NCBI GenBank assembly: GCA_944393695.1
Contig: CALYAY010000001.1
Span: forward strand, 185,436-249,435
Source: an uncultured Alphaproteobacteria bacterium
GTDB taxonomy: Bacteria > Pseudomonadota > Alphaproteobacteria > RF32 > CAG-239
Direction of reading: 5' to 3'
Length of the DNA stretch: 64,000 bases
The notes under the pieces are model-generated. The model saw only the letters and a program-made list of their open reading frames with translations. It was not told the origin of the DNA and made no database searches. The translations under genes and the position numbers were made by a program. This document shows positions 37,366-45,960 of the stretch, in pieces. Each line of letters begins with the position of its first letter. The stretch's first letter is position 1.

Positions 37366-37977
37366 TTATTCAAAACTCCAAAGCAGCGTATTCTTCGCCT
37401 TGCATCGCGAAACAACCTGTTCCCTGCTTATCGGCAGCGGATTTTCCCCGCCCCAGACAAACACGGTTTGTTCTTCCCCGTTGTCCAGCGTAATGCTTTT
37501 AAGCCCCAAAAGCTGTTGTTCTTTAAATTGATAGCTCAGCAACAACACACAGTATTTGCGTGATATATTCGGATATACAACGTCAAAGCCTGACATCCCG
37601 GGCATAACCATATCTCCGTTAATCCCTTGCCCGGTCAAAATCTTCTGCCCCAAAGCATTAATCGCCATCTGATTCTTTATCATTCCGGCGGGAATTAATC
37701 CCTCCTGAATGGCCTTGTTTGTATGCAGTCCCCAGTAACTTGGCTTGGCACGATAAGCCTGCCGCACATTTTCGGCAATGGTCATAACGCCTTCCGCCGC
37801 AGAGACTAATTTTTTATCCGTACGGGGTATCAAAATCAAAACCAGGACGGCAACCGCCGCCACAATCAATCCGCCGACCAGAGGGCGGTTTCGGCGCCAC
37901 AGACGCCGGACAGCCGCCTTCAGGTCATTATAACGAGAAATCAGACGGGGAATAATCCGTGACAATTTTTTCTTCAT
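37366..37977 (-). CDS. Pilin-like protein in the R64 pilS position. It is a paralog of the 35423 prepilin but lacks a prepilin-peptidase site
   Basis: 203 aa. The globular part aligns by eye with the prepilin (ENVRQAYRAK/TNIRIMYGAK, GFDVVYPNISRKYC/GFVITYGGIDQAGC, PISREQVVSRC/PISVEDAGKAC, LLWSF/ISWEY). The N-terminus is a 30-aa basic segment plus a TM helix, with no Gly(-1)/Glu(+5). Confidence 0.6.
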   Translation of the reverse strand: MKKKLSRIIPRLISRYNDLKAAVRRLWRRNRPLVGGLIVAAVAVLVLILIPRTDKKLVSAAEGVMTIAENVRQAYRAKPSYWGLHTNKAIQEGLIPAGMIKNQMAINALGQKILTGQGINGDMVMPGMSGFDVVYPNISRKYCVLLLSYQFKEQQLLGLKSITLDNGEEQTVFVWGGENPLPISREQVVSRCKAKNTLLWSFE

Positions 37978-37978
37978 C

Positions 37979-39094
37979 TTAGATTCCCATCGAACTTGTA
38001 ATCTGGTCTTGCATGTCGAACACGCCCATAACCGACCAGGCGATAATTGCCGCCACGGTCAAAATAGCGACCATATTCAAAATCGAAGCTTTGTTCTCAA
38101 TCAAATACACGCTTTCGTCCAGCCATTCGTTGGCCAGCTTTTCCAATGCTTCTTCAAAGTTGTCCAATTCCGAATAAATCTTCAAATCATTGATAATTTC
38201 CGGATCCGGAAAGTCCAATCCCGTTTTTGACAAAGCCTGTCCCAGGTTGTCACCGTTGTTGATAAACACCAGTGTCTTGTCTATGCGCTCCTGCAGATAA
38301 CGGCTGGCATCCCTTTTCAACGCGCGCAGCGAGGTCGAAACCGGCGTTCCGCTTTTAACCAGGGCCGACAACGCCAACAGCCAGCTGATACCTGTAAACA
38401 CTTTATACAAAGACCATGGCGGAATATGGTCAAAAATAGCTCTCAGCCGCCCGGTCCAGATACCGATGGTAAAATAAATAATTGCCCCCACTACCGGCAG
38501 GATTGAAAAGGCAAACAGCCAGTTTTTCTGAATCCAGTCTGACAAATCAACCAGCGTGGCTGCCGTTCCCCGCCAACGAACCGTCGGTGCGGCTTCAATC
38601 ATCGGCGGCACCATGTATACGCCGATGGCGTAAATAATCAGCACCGACATCATAAACAGAAACGACGGATACACAATGGCGCCCACAATCGGACGTATCA
38701 TTTTGGTAGAACCTTCCGTAACGCGGATAAGGTTCATCAAGGCGCTTTCCATATCGGAAACATCACCGACCGACAACATCAGCCTTTCGCGGTCGGGAGC
38801 CCAACCCTTAAGCGCTTCCGAAAACGGCAAACCGTTTTGCAGGGACTTTGCCCAGTTTGCAATCGCAATTGCCATCGGCTCATTGGGGTTTTTCCCGCCG
38901 TTGCTGGCTCCGTTGTGAATCAGGTCCAACGCATTCATTAAAGAAAAGCGGTTACGCAGCAAAGAAGCCATTTTACGATAAATTTTCAACCGGGCTTTGT
39001 TTGAACTGCGGCAAACCATTTTGGCATACCAGGTTTCCACCACGCCCAGTTGTTTCATGGCTTTGTCAAGAGATGTTGTTTTTTTCGGTTCCAT
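37979..39094 (-). CDS. pilR: Type IV pilus inner-membrane platform protein (GspF/PilC family; R64 PilR-like)
   Basis: 371 aa with two GspF-type cytoplasmic repeats separated by TM helices. It lies immediately downstream of the assembly ATPase. Confidence 0.8.
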   Translation of the reverse strand: MEPKKTTSLDKAMKQLGVVETWYAKMVCRSSNKARLKIYRKMASLLRNRFSLMNALDLIHNGASNGGKNPNEPMAIAIANWAKSLQNGLPFSEALKGWAPDRERLMLSVGDVSDMESALMNLIRVTEGSTKMIRPIVGAIVYPSFLFMMSVLIIYAIGVYMVPPMIEAAPTVRWRGTAATLVDLSDWIQKNWLFAFSILPVVGAIIYFTIGIWTGRLRAIFDHIPPWSLYKVFTGISWLLALSALVKSGTPVSTSLRALKRDASRYLQERIDKTLVFINNGDNLGQALSKTGLDFPDPEIINDLKIYSELDNFEEALEKLANEWLDESVYLIENKASILNMVAILTVAAIIAWSVMGVFDMQDQITSSMGI

Positions 39095-39114
39095 AGCAGC
39101 CTCTTCTTTTTAGT

Positions 39115-40818
39115 TTAGTAAACCGGACGTTGATCAAGCAGCCCGCACCATCTTTCGACTTCTTCCAAATCGATATACCCTTTAAGCATACGCTCAATTG
39201 CCGCATCTTTCAAGGGGCGTCCGTTAAGATCGCTGGTCCAGTAATCAATAGCTTTGCGTGTTTCGCCTGAAATCATCAGTTCCAGAAACGTGGCGTCAGG
39301 CAAAATAATTTCCGGCACACACATACGTCCGCGGATTCCCGTATTATCACAATATTTACATCCCGGTCCGCGGACAAAAGTATTTTCCACGCCAAAGTCC
39401 CCCAAAGCGGTTCTGAGCCGCTGCACGGCGGGAGAATCAAGTTTGGTCTTGACCGAAATCCGGCAATGCGGGCACAAGCGGCGGAACAAACGTTGCGAAA
39501 TCAGCCCCTTAATCAATTCCGGGTCATTCAGCATGAAGGTTTTAACCCCCATATCCCGCAAACGGGTAATAATGGCCGGCGCCGAGTTGGCGTGCAGGGT
39601 TGTCCACACACCGTGTCCCGACAAAGCACCCTTAAACGTTAGTTCGGCCGCCGCAATTGAGCGCACCTCGCCCACCATCATCACATCCGGATCGGAACGC
39701 AACGCCGCCGACAACGCTTTGGTAAATTCCTCATCTTTTTCTTCTTCGCTGTTGGCGTTGGTCACCGGCATCTGCCGCGCCCCCGGAATCGGATATTCCG
39801 GCGGATCTTCCACCGTAATCAGGTTGACCTCATAATTTTTTTCCTGCAACAGCTTAATCATATTGCGCTGCAGCGTCGTACTTTTACCGGAACCCGTCGG
39901 CCCGGCAATGATATTCAACCCCGTCGGTACGGCTCTCAAACGGTAAAACAGGTTTTCTTCATATTCGCCAAAACCCAGAGCTGCCAGATCACCACTGCCT
40001 TCCGGATTATCATCGGCATACAGCAAACGCATAACCAGATATTGCGAACCAAAGGCAATCGGGTTAAACTGCAGACGGATAGCCAGAATATTGTGCGGCA
40101 GCATCAGCTTGCCTTTAGAGCCGCGCAGTGGTGTTGACCCCAGCTTTTGTGCGCCCTGAAATTCATTTTGGGCATAGTTGGCATCTGAAATATCCGCCGA
40201 AGCAAAAGCCGCACGCACGAACGATTCACCCCATTCTTTGTTATATTCCATCACCGTTGTCATCATACCGTTGATACGGAACATAATCTGGGTACTTCCC
40301 GCCACCACGATATGAATATCCGACACTTTCTGTGTTGCTGCCCGGGCCACCACATTGACAAAGTCCTTTTGCATTTGCAGCTGATCAAGGTCGGAATCGC
40401 CTTCAATATCAACATTGGCTCGTTCCCCGATGGCATAAACCGCATTAAGTTCGTTTTGTGACACATATTCCGGCTTGCTGATGCTCATTTTCTTTTTGCG
40501 GGCCAGAACTTCAAAGCTCAGCACACGGCCGTCAAATTTATGCGTTTCCGAAACCAGAAAACGTCCGTCGGAAAACAGTGCCAGCAGGCGGCGGGTATCA
40601 TCATTGATAACTAAGTTCGGATTGCTGGGAAGGGTCAGCAGACGATTGCCGTGCATAAAATACTGTTGGATTTTATTAACCGGCTTGTCATCGTCAGTAT
40701 CATAGGAATCATTGCTTACAATATCAGAAGAAGCAGTCGAAACTGCTTCCTCCGTTTGAAGTTGAGAAGTTTCAACGACTTCCTCATCATTATTTGTTTG
40801 TAATGTCAAATCATCCAT
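39115..40818 (-). CDS. pilQ: Type IV pilus assembly ATPase (GspE/PilB family; R64 PilQ-like)
   Basis: 567 aa. Walker A GPTGSGKSTT, TVEDPPEYPI, VMMVGEVRSIAAAELTFKGALSGHGVWTTLHANSA, and the GspE-type tetracysteine CPHC...CKYC. Confidence 0.9.
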   Translation of the reverse strand: MDDLTLQTNNDEEVVETSQLQTEEAVSTASSDIVSNDSYDTDDDKPVNKIQQYFMHGNRLLTLPSNPNLVINDDTRRLLALFSDGRFLVSETHKFDGRVLSFEVLARKKKMSISKPEYVSQNELNAVYAIGERANVDIEGDSDLDQLQMQKDFVNVVARAATQKVSDIHIVVAGSTQIMFRINGMMTTVMEYNKEWGESFVRAAFASADISDANYAQNEFQGAQKLGSTPLRGSKGKLMLPHNILAIRLQFNPIAFGSQYLVMRLLYADDNPEGSGDLAALGFGEYEENLFYRLRAVPTGLNIIAGPTGSGKSTTLQRNMIKLLQEKNYEVNLITVEDPPEYPIPGARQMPVTNANSEEEKDEEFTKALSAALRSDPDVMMVGEVRSIAAAELTFKGALSGHGVWTTLHANSAPAIITRLRDMGVKTFMLNDPELIKGLISQRLFRRLCPHCRISVKTKLDSPAVQRLRTALGDFGVENTFVRGPGCKYCDNTGIRGRMCVPEIILPDATFLELMISGETRKAIDYWTSDLNGRPLKDAAIERMLKGYIDLEEVERWCGLLDQRPVY

Positions 40819-40826
40819 TAGATTTT

Positions 40827-42332
40827 TTACCTGACAAACATACCGTCACCCAGGCTGGGAATACTCGGAGAACTTACCAGCGACTTATTGCTGCTTTTCC
40901 CTGAGGAACTTTTCCCTTTGGCATCGCTGGCTGCATCCTTAACACTCTCTATAACGCCGCTGCTGACCGGTTCACTGTCCAAAATACCGCCCGCAGCAAA
41001 ATACAGATAATCTTTTGCTCCGTTAATATCTGCCCGGATATAAGTCTCCGTAATCTCGTCAATTACATGTCCGGTTTGCAAGGCTGTTCCTCTTCTAACC
41101 AAGAAACGGTCTCCATTTTTGTTAATCAACTTTGCAGCCAGATTTTCACCCTTGCCGACAATCTCCATAATTGCATAAACATCATTAAGATGAATTTGCT
41201 TTTCAACCGGAAGCTGGGCAAACGGATTTGTCTTAGTCTTTTCTGCCAGTTCTGCTTCCAGACGGGCCTTCAATACAGAAATCTGTGTTTTCAGCGTCGC
41301 CACATCTTTTTCATGCCGTTCTTTTGCATTCTGGGCATCCGTAACTGTTTTGGCAGCCAGGCTGCGAATATTTCCAAGCTTCCTTTTGAAATCATTCAGA
41401 AGAAAAGTTCTGTCATTTTCAATTTCAGCCATTTCCTTATAAATTTTTTCATTATTTTTAATCCATGCCTGTTTATCCGCCAGCATTTGTTCCTTATAGG
41501 CTTTAACGATTTTTTCCTGACGCAGCTGTTCCATCTGGATTTCAAGCTCTTTCAGCTTTTGTTCCTCAACCATCAGTTTGCGTTTTTGTTCGTTTTCCCA
41601 TTCCTGCTTCTTGCGCTGGATTTCTTCTTCCGCAGCTTGTTCTTCCTGCAGGGCTTTTTTGCGCTGAGCCTTGATTGCCGCAATTTCATTGCGGATTTTT
41701 TCCCGGCGCAATTCTAATGACAGCAAAGCCGATTGCTTTTCCAGTGTTGACATTTTTGAAAACAGGTTGCTGTCGATTTTGTTCAAAATATTGTCACCCA
41801 GCTTGCCGTCTTCATCTGACCCCAGACTAACCATATCCGGCAGCGGATCTTCCTCCGGGCTCACATTTCCATTTACAAATTCTGAAACCGGCGGAATAAC
41901 ACTGTCATCATTAACCGGTTCCGGCTTGGTAATAACCGGAGCCGCTTTAGGCGCAGGAGCCCCCAAAGGCGCAGCCTTGGTTCCCGGAGCAGACGGTTGG
42001 GCATCTGATGGCAATATCGGGGCGTTTGCAGCCGGACGGGCCGGCGGCGTAATCATATCATTTCCCGGCAGCAGGGGATTATTTTCATCGGCAGGAGCAG
42101 GAATAGGCTGATTGGGAGCGTCATCGCCTGTTTTGGCCGCTAGTGACTTTTTCGGCGGAATAAAAGCCGGATCACTGGGCAGGCTGGAATCCAAATCCAA
42201 CGATACCTTTCCCGGGGCATTGCTTTCTGCAGTAGCCTGGGCACTTGCATCCGGTGCCGGATAAACCGACATCAGACCTAAAACCAGTGCCAATGCGGTG
42301 CCGCTTAATATATTTCTTATATTATTTTGCAT
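40827..42332 (-). CDS. pilP: PilP-like pilus biogenesis protein with a long Pro/Ala-rich and coiled-coil extension
   Basis: The start is set at ATG 42332 (AAGGAG, 6-nt spacer). The layout is signal peptide, ~150-aa P/A-rich region, ~200-aa K/E coiled coil, then a C-terminal ~90-aa beta domain (VYAIMEIVGKGENLAAKLINKNGDRFLVRRGTALQTGHVIDEI) resembling PilP/GspC-HR. It sits between pilO and pilQ as in R64. Confidence 0.55.
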   Translation of the reverse strand: MQNNIRNILSGTALALVLGLMSVYPAPDASAQATAESNAPGKVSLDLDSSLPSDPAFIPPKKSLAAKTGDDAPNQPIPAPADENNPLLPGNDMITPPARPAANAPILPSDAQPSAPGTKAAPLGAPAPKAAPVITKPEPVNDDSVIPPVSEFVNGNVSPEEDPLPDMVSLGSDEDGKLGDNILNKIDSNLFSKMSTLEKQSALLSLELRREKIRNEIAAIKAQRKKALQEEQAAEEEIQRKKQEWENEQKRKLMVEEQKLKELEIQMEQLRQEKIVKAYKEQMLADKQAWIKNNEKIYKEMAEIENDRTFLLNDFKRKLGNIRSLAAKTVTDAQNAKERHEKDVATLKTQISVLKARLEAELAEKTKTNPFAQLPVEKQIHLNDVYAIMEIVGKGENLAAKLINKNGDRFLVRRGTALQTGHVIDEITETYIRADINGAKDYLYFAAGGILDSEPVSSGVIESVKDAASDAKGKSSSGKSSNKSLVSSPSIPSLGDGMFVR

Positions 42333-43596
42333 AGATTGCTCCTTCATAATCCCATTTTTCGCCATCTTTATGATATTTTATCATTGTAATCTCAAGTCCT
42401 GAAAATTTTGTTAACAAATCTTTCCAGACTATAGGATTATTAACCGATGTGAATTTAAATCTGATAGAACGGTAAATATTGTTTTGTGCCGAGGTAAACG
42501 AAGTTTCGGATAAGGCAACCGGCTGCCCGATAGCCTGAAACAAATCGTTTAAGGTCATTTTTAATTCCGTTGTTGTTCTGTCCGGTTTGCTCGGTGTTGT
42601 CGGAATTTTTCCCAGCGAAACGGAAGCCAGCAGATTATTCCCGTCATTCGAAAAAGAACGGCTGGCAAATTTTATTCTGGAACCGTCCAACGCCTCTTCC
42701 ATCCATGAAAGCCGGCCGACTTGTCTTGTCCATGAAGTTGAAACCGACGAACCGTTGCAGGTCAATTCACCGATTGTCCAGCCCGGAGGCATAATCTGCG
42801 ACAATGCGGCAATATTGTCATAACACTTGGCCATAATATACCCGGCATCTTTCAGTTTTTCCCATGGTTTTATTTCCGGAATTTTGGGCTTGGCCTTTAC
42901 CACCTTGGGCTTTATCGGAGCCACCATCGGTCTCTTGGGCGGAGCCAGAAAGATACTGTCGATAATTGTTGACAACAGCCAGATACCGACAATTGCCGAG
43001 ATTGCAATAACCATAAACAGTTTTGCCCCGCGCAAAGCCTTAATCTTTTGCAGCTTGGCGCGCATGCCTTTCTTAATCAGATCTGCAACGTCTTCTGATT
43101 CTGTTCCCTCAATCCCCCATTCTTCCGGAGCAATCTTTTTACCCCAGTCCGGAACAGCCAGCATCGACAGGAACTGATTCTTGGCATCTTCTTCTTTCAA
43201 AAAGACCATATCACCGTCAGAAAGGATAATATCATTTCTGACACAGATATACCACCATCCGGTATTAACCTTGAATACGGCCACGAAAGACGATTGAGCA
43301 CCCAAAGCCGTTGCCACCGAAATGGCACCGACGGACATACCGCTTTTAAATCCCTGGTTGGAAGCACAAATACCAAACTGCGGAGCTTTTCCCTGCTTAA
43401 TACAAAACAGATCTGCCCCTTCCATAATGCCTTCCGCCGCCTCGCTGACCTCGGCAACCGGATCTTCGGTATTTTGTAAAGGCTGCCAGAACAGGCTGGT
43501 CGCATAAGTCAAACCGTCAACGGTAATCGTCGGCGACCATGTGCGGTTGCTTCCTTCCTCGTAATCATCATCTAATAACTTAGCGTCTTCCAGCAC
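42322..43596 (-). CDS. pilO: Type IVb pilus biogenesis protein, PilO(2)-like (bitopic)
   Basis: 424 aa with a cytoplasmic N-domain, a single central TM helix (LFMVIAISAIVGIWLLSTII), and a periplasmic C-domain. The size and position between secretin and PilP match R64 PilO. It uses a GTG start with AAGGA upstream. Confidence 0.55.
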   Translation of the reverse strand: MLEDAKLLDDDYEEGSNRTWSPTITVDGLTYATSLFWQPLQNTEDPVAEVSEAAEGIMEGADLFCIKQGKAPQFGICASNQGFKSGMSVGAISVATALGAQSSFVAVFKVNTGWWYICVRNDIILSDGDMVFLKEEDAKNQFLSMLAVPDWGKKIAPEEWGIEGTESEDVADLIKKGMRAKLQKIKALRGAKLFMVIAISAIVGIWLLSTIIDSIFLAPPKRPMVAPIKPKVVKAKPKIPEIKPWEKLKDAGYIMAKCYDNIAALSQIMPPGWTIGELTCNGSSVSTSWTRQVGRLSWMEEALDGSRIKFASRSFSNDGNNLLASVSLGKIPTTPSKPDRTTTELKMTLNDLFQAIGQPVALSETSFTSAQNNIYRSIRFKFTSVNNPIVWKDLLTKFSGLEITMIKYHKDGEKWDYEGAIYAK

Positions 43597-43622
43597 TGTT
43601 ATGTGTCCTTATTCCGATAAAA

Positions 43623-45233
43623 TTAAATTCTGTTGGTAACTCTGGTTTCAGGATTAAGCGGAGATTCCAAAACCACCGGCGTCAGAATGATAACCAGGAT
43701 ATTCCGGTTCTTTTCTGCCGTTGCCGTTCCTCCGAACAACGAATTCGTCGCCGACCCCACACCGCTTTTCTCGGCGCTGTTTTCCACTCTTTCATAACCG
43801 GTCAGCACCAGGGATTCTCCGGATTTCAAAGCCACTTCCTGCGTAAATCCGCGAGATTCGATAATCGGGTTTTGAATGTACTGTCCGTCGTCGTTTTCTC
43901 CGTTGCCGCCCAGCGGAACTCTTTCCAGAGAAATCAAATCTGAAAGTGTCAGGTTAAACATCAGCAACAGACGTCCGTGCTCCAGAATTCGCGGCAAAAC
44001 ATCAAGCGTAAACCCGGTTTCGATTTCTTCCGTTTCGGTTGAAACATCATAATAGTTTCCGTCACCGCCGCTGTTCGTTTTGGTAATTTCCGAAATATAA
44101 TTCTGTTTGCGTACAACCTGAATAGGTGCCGGCTTATTGTTAAGCGTTGTTACCGTACCGCTGGTAATCATATTGGTTGTACCTTGTGTTGACAGCGCCT
44201 GAATACTGGCCGACAAATTCCAGTTACCCGGCATAACGCGCATTTCCATGTTTTTGGCGATATCCGAGCCCAGGCTGTTTGTCGGACTTAACAGCGTAAC
44301 GCTTGTTTTGCCGTCGTCGAATGCTGCGCTCAGATCCAGTCCGTAAGAGTCACCGTCCGTAACGGATACCTGCAAAACTTTCACGCTGATGGCAACCTGA
44401 CGTGACAATCTGGCATTTTGTTCATTAATAAACTTAGCCACTTTGGCAACATCCGTTGGCGTTGCTGTTAACGAAATTGTCCCGTTAGAAGAGTCAATTG
44501 TCAGCTTGGAACTGCTGTCAATCATCGAAGTGATTGATTTTTCAATATTTCCCCACAACTCAATCTCAGCCGTACTGCTCAAAGACAACTCTGATGTTCC
44601 GCCTTCGCCTTCAGCCGATCCCCCGACATTAACCGATAATGACGGCTTGGTCGGCAGACTGTACAGGACAAATGTACGGGTAATGTGTCTATAGAAATAA
44701 ATTTCCTTCTTCTCATATTTCCACCAAATACCGAAACGGGACGAAATCTCATCAAGCAAACCGCTCAATGGTCCCCTGTAAGAAACCAGCATCTTATCCG
44801 GTTCCGTCCAGTCGGCATTGATTGTATCCGGGCTGGGCTTGTTTCCCTGAGCCGTTTTGGTAACTTCCTGCTGCAAATCAGGGGCATAGCGGACTTTCAA
44901 TGAAGTAATTTTATTCAGCATATCCCCGATTTCATACAGACTTATCGGCCGGTTGCTGATTAAAGTAACACCCTCACGGTTTTCCAGATATCCCGGAATA
45001 GGCTCACCTTCATATTCGATTTCGCTGGTATCGCCGAGCCAGATATCGTTTTTTACCCGGACAACATCATCCGGAGCCAGATCCGTCGGAACCTTTGCTG
45101 CTTCTCTTAAAGTAGCACCCGTCTGCACTTCTTTTTCCAGTGAAGCGTCCATACTTGTTGACATGGAGCATGCGGCAGCAACGGTAAGTAATACTGCCCC
45201 AAATCCATATTTAATAAGCCTATTCATATGCAT
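43623..45233 (-). CDS. pilN: Type IVb pilus secretin lipoprotein (R64 PilN family)
   Basis: Lipobox LLTVAAC. The C-terminal secretin domain includes TTLNNKPAPIQVV...TGFTLDVLPRILEHGRLLLMFNLTLSDL...GESLVLTGY...NILVIILTP. The start is ambiguous (45257/45239/45233/45227); 45233 has the best spacing from GGAGG. Confidence 0.85.
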   Translation of the reverse strand: MHMNRLIKYGFGAVLLTVAAACSMSTSMDASLEKEVQTGATLREAAKVPTDLAPDDVVRVKNDIWLGDTSEIEYEGEPIPGYLENREGVTLISNRPISLYEIGDMLNKITSLKVRYAPDLQQEVTKTAQGNKPSPDTINADWTEPDKMLVSYRGPLSGLLDEISSRFGIWWKYEKKEIYFYRHITRTFVLYSLPTKPSLSVNVGGSAEGEGGTSELSLSSTAEIELWGNIEKSITSMIDSSSKLTIDSSNGTISLTATPTDVAKVAKFINEQNARLSRQVAISVKVLQVSVTDGDSYGLDLSAAFDDGKTSVTLLSPTNSLGSDIAKNMEMRVMPGNWNLSASIQALSTQGTTNMITSGTVTTLNNKPAPIQVVRKQNYISEITKTNSGGDGNYYDVSTETEEIETGFTLDVLPRILEHGRLLLMFNLTLSDLISLERVPLGGNGENDDGQYIQNPIIESRGFTQEVALKSGESLVLTGYERVENSAEKSGVGSATNSLFGGTATAEKNRNILVIILTPVVLESPLNPETRVTNRI

Positions 45234-45858
45234 TCTCATCCTCCAGTGTCTCAACAACTAAAACTCTGTTGCCTTTATAAAATGTTCCGATGGGAGCCGG
45301 TCTTGCCCGGGCAAAAGCTCTGATTAAAGCCGAAGTAACATCGGCAAACCGCCCTCTGAACATGGCTCCGGCCGTCAGTGTATAGTTGCGGTTTGATTTC
45401 CATACCACACGCCAGCCGGCTTTTTCGCTCCAGTCGGTAATCAGCTCTCTGAGGGTCTTTCCTTCTTCGGCCAGCCAGTCTTCAACCGGATCTTCGGCAT
45501 TATAACCGTCGATATAACCGCCGTCGCCGTTTGTTCCGTTATCTTCGGTTGTTCTGATTTCCTCTTCATAATCAACATATTCGTCTTCAATGCGTGGCGG
45601 AATAGCGGCAGAAACATTATTTCCCGAACCGGCCTGCGTAATATATTGGTCTCTGGGTGATCTTTCCCCGTATGCGCGGTAATCCGCGGTTGTCTGCGTA
45701 TAATTAACAAAAGCATTATCATCTTGCGCAGGTTCAAAATTGCCTCCGGAATCTACCTGATCGCAAGGCACAACCGGAAGTTCCGGCGCCGAAGAGGCAC
45801 AGCCTGAAACGGCAAACATCACCGCCAGCAGGGCCGATAATTTTGTTTTTGCATTCAT
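45220..45858 (-). CDS. pilL: Pilus-associated lipoprotein with a TcpQ-like C-terminal domain (R64 PilL-like)
   Basis: The start is at MNAKTKL (AAGGAA ribosome-binding site). Lipobox FAVSGC. C-terminus: GKTLRELITDWSEKAGWRVVWKSNRNYTLTAGAMFRGRFADVTSALIRAF, which is the TcpQ/PilL-type pattern. It overlaps the secretin start. Confidence 0.65.
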   Translation of the reverse strand: MNAKTKLSALLAVMFAVSGCASSAPELPVVPCDQVDSGGNFEPAQDDNAFVNYTQTTADYRAYGERSPRDQYITQAGSGNNVSAAIPPRIEDEYVDYEEEIRTTEDNGTNGDGGYIDGYNAEDPVEDWLAEEGKTLRELITDWSEKAGWRVVWKSNRNYTLTAGAMFRGRFADVTSALIRAFARARPAPIGTFYKGNRVLVVETLEDENAYE

Positions 45859-45960
45859 TTTTATATTCCTTAAGCAATATTTTATCATACGTTTTTATAC
45901 CTATAATACATGTTGAAAACAAATAATCAAGCTCGAGTCGCCATTTATTACCAGCTCCTT

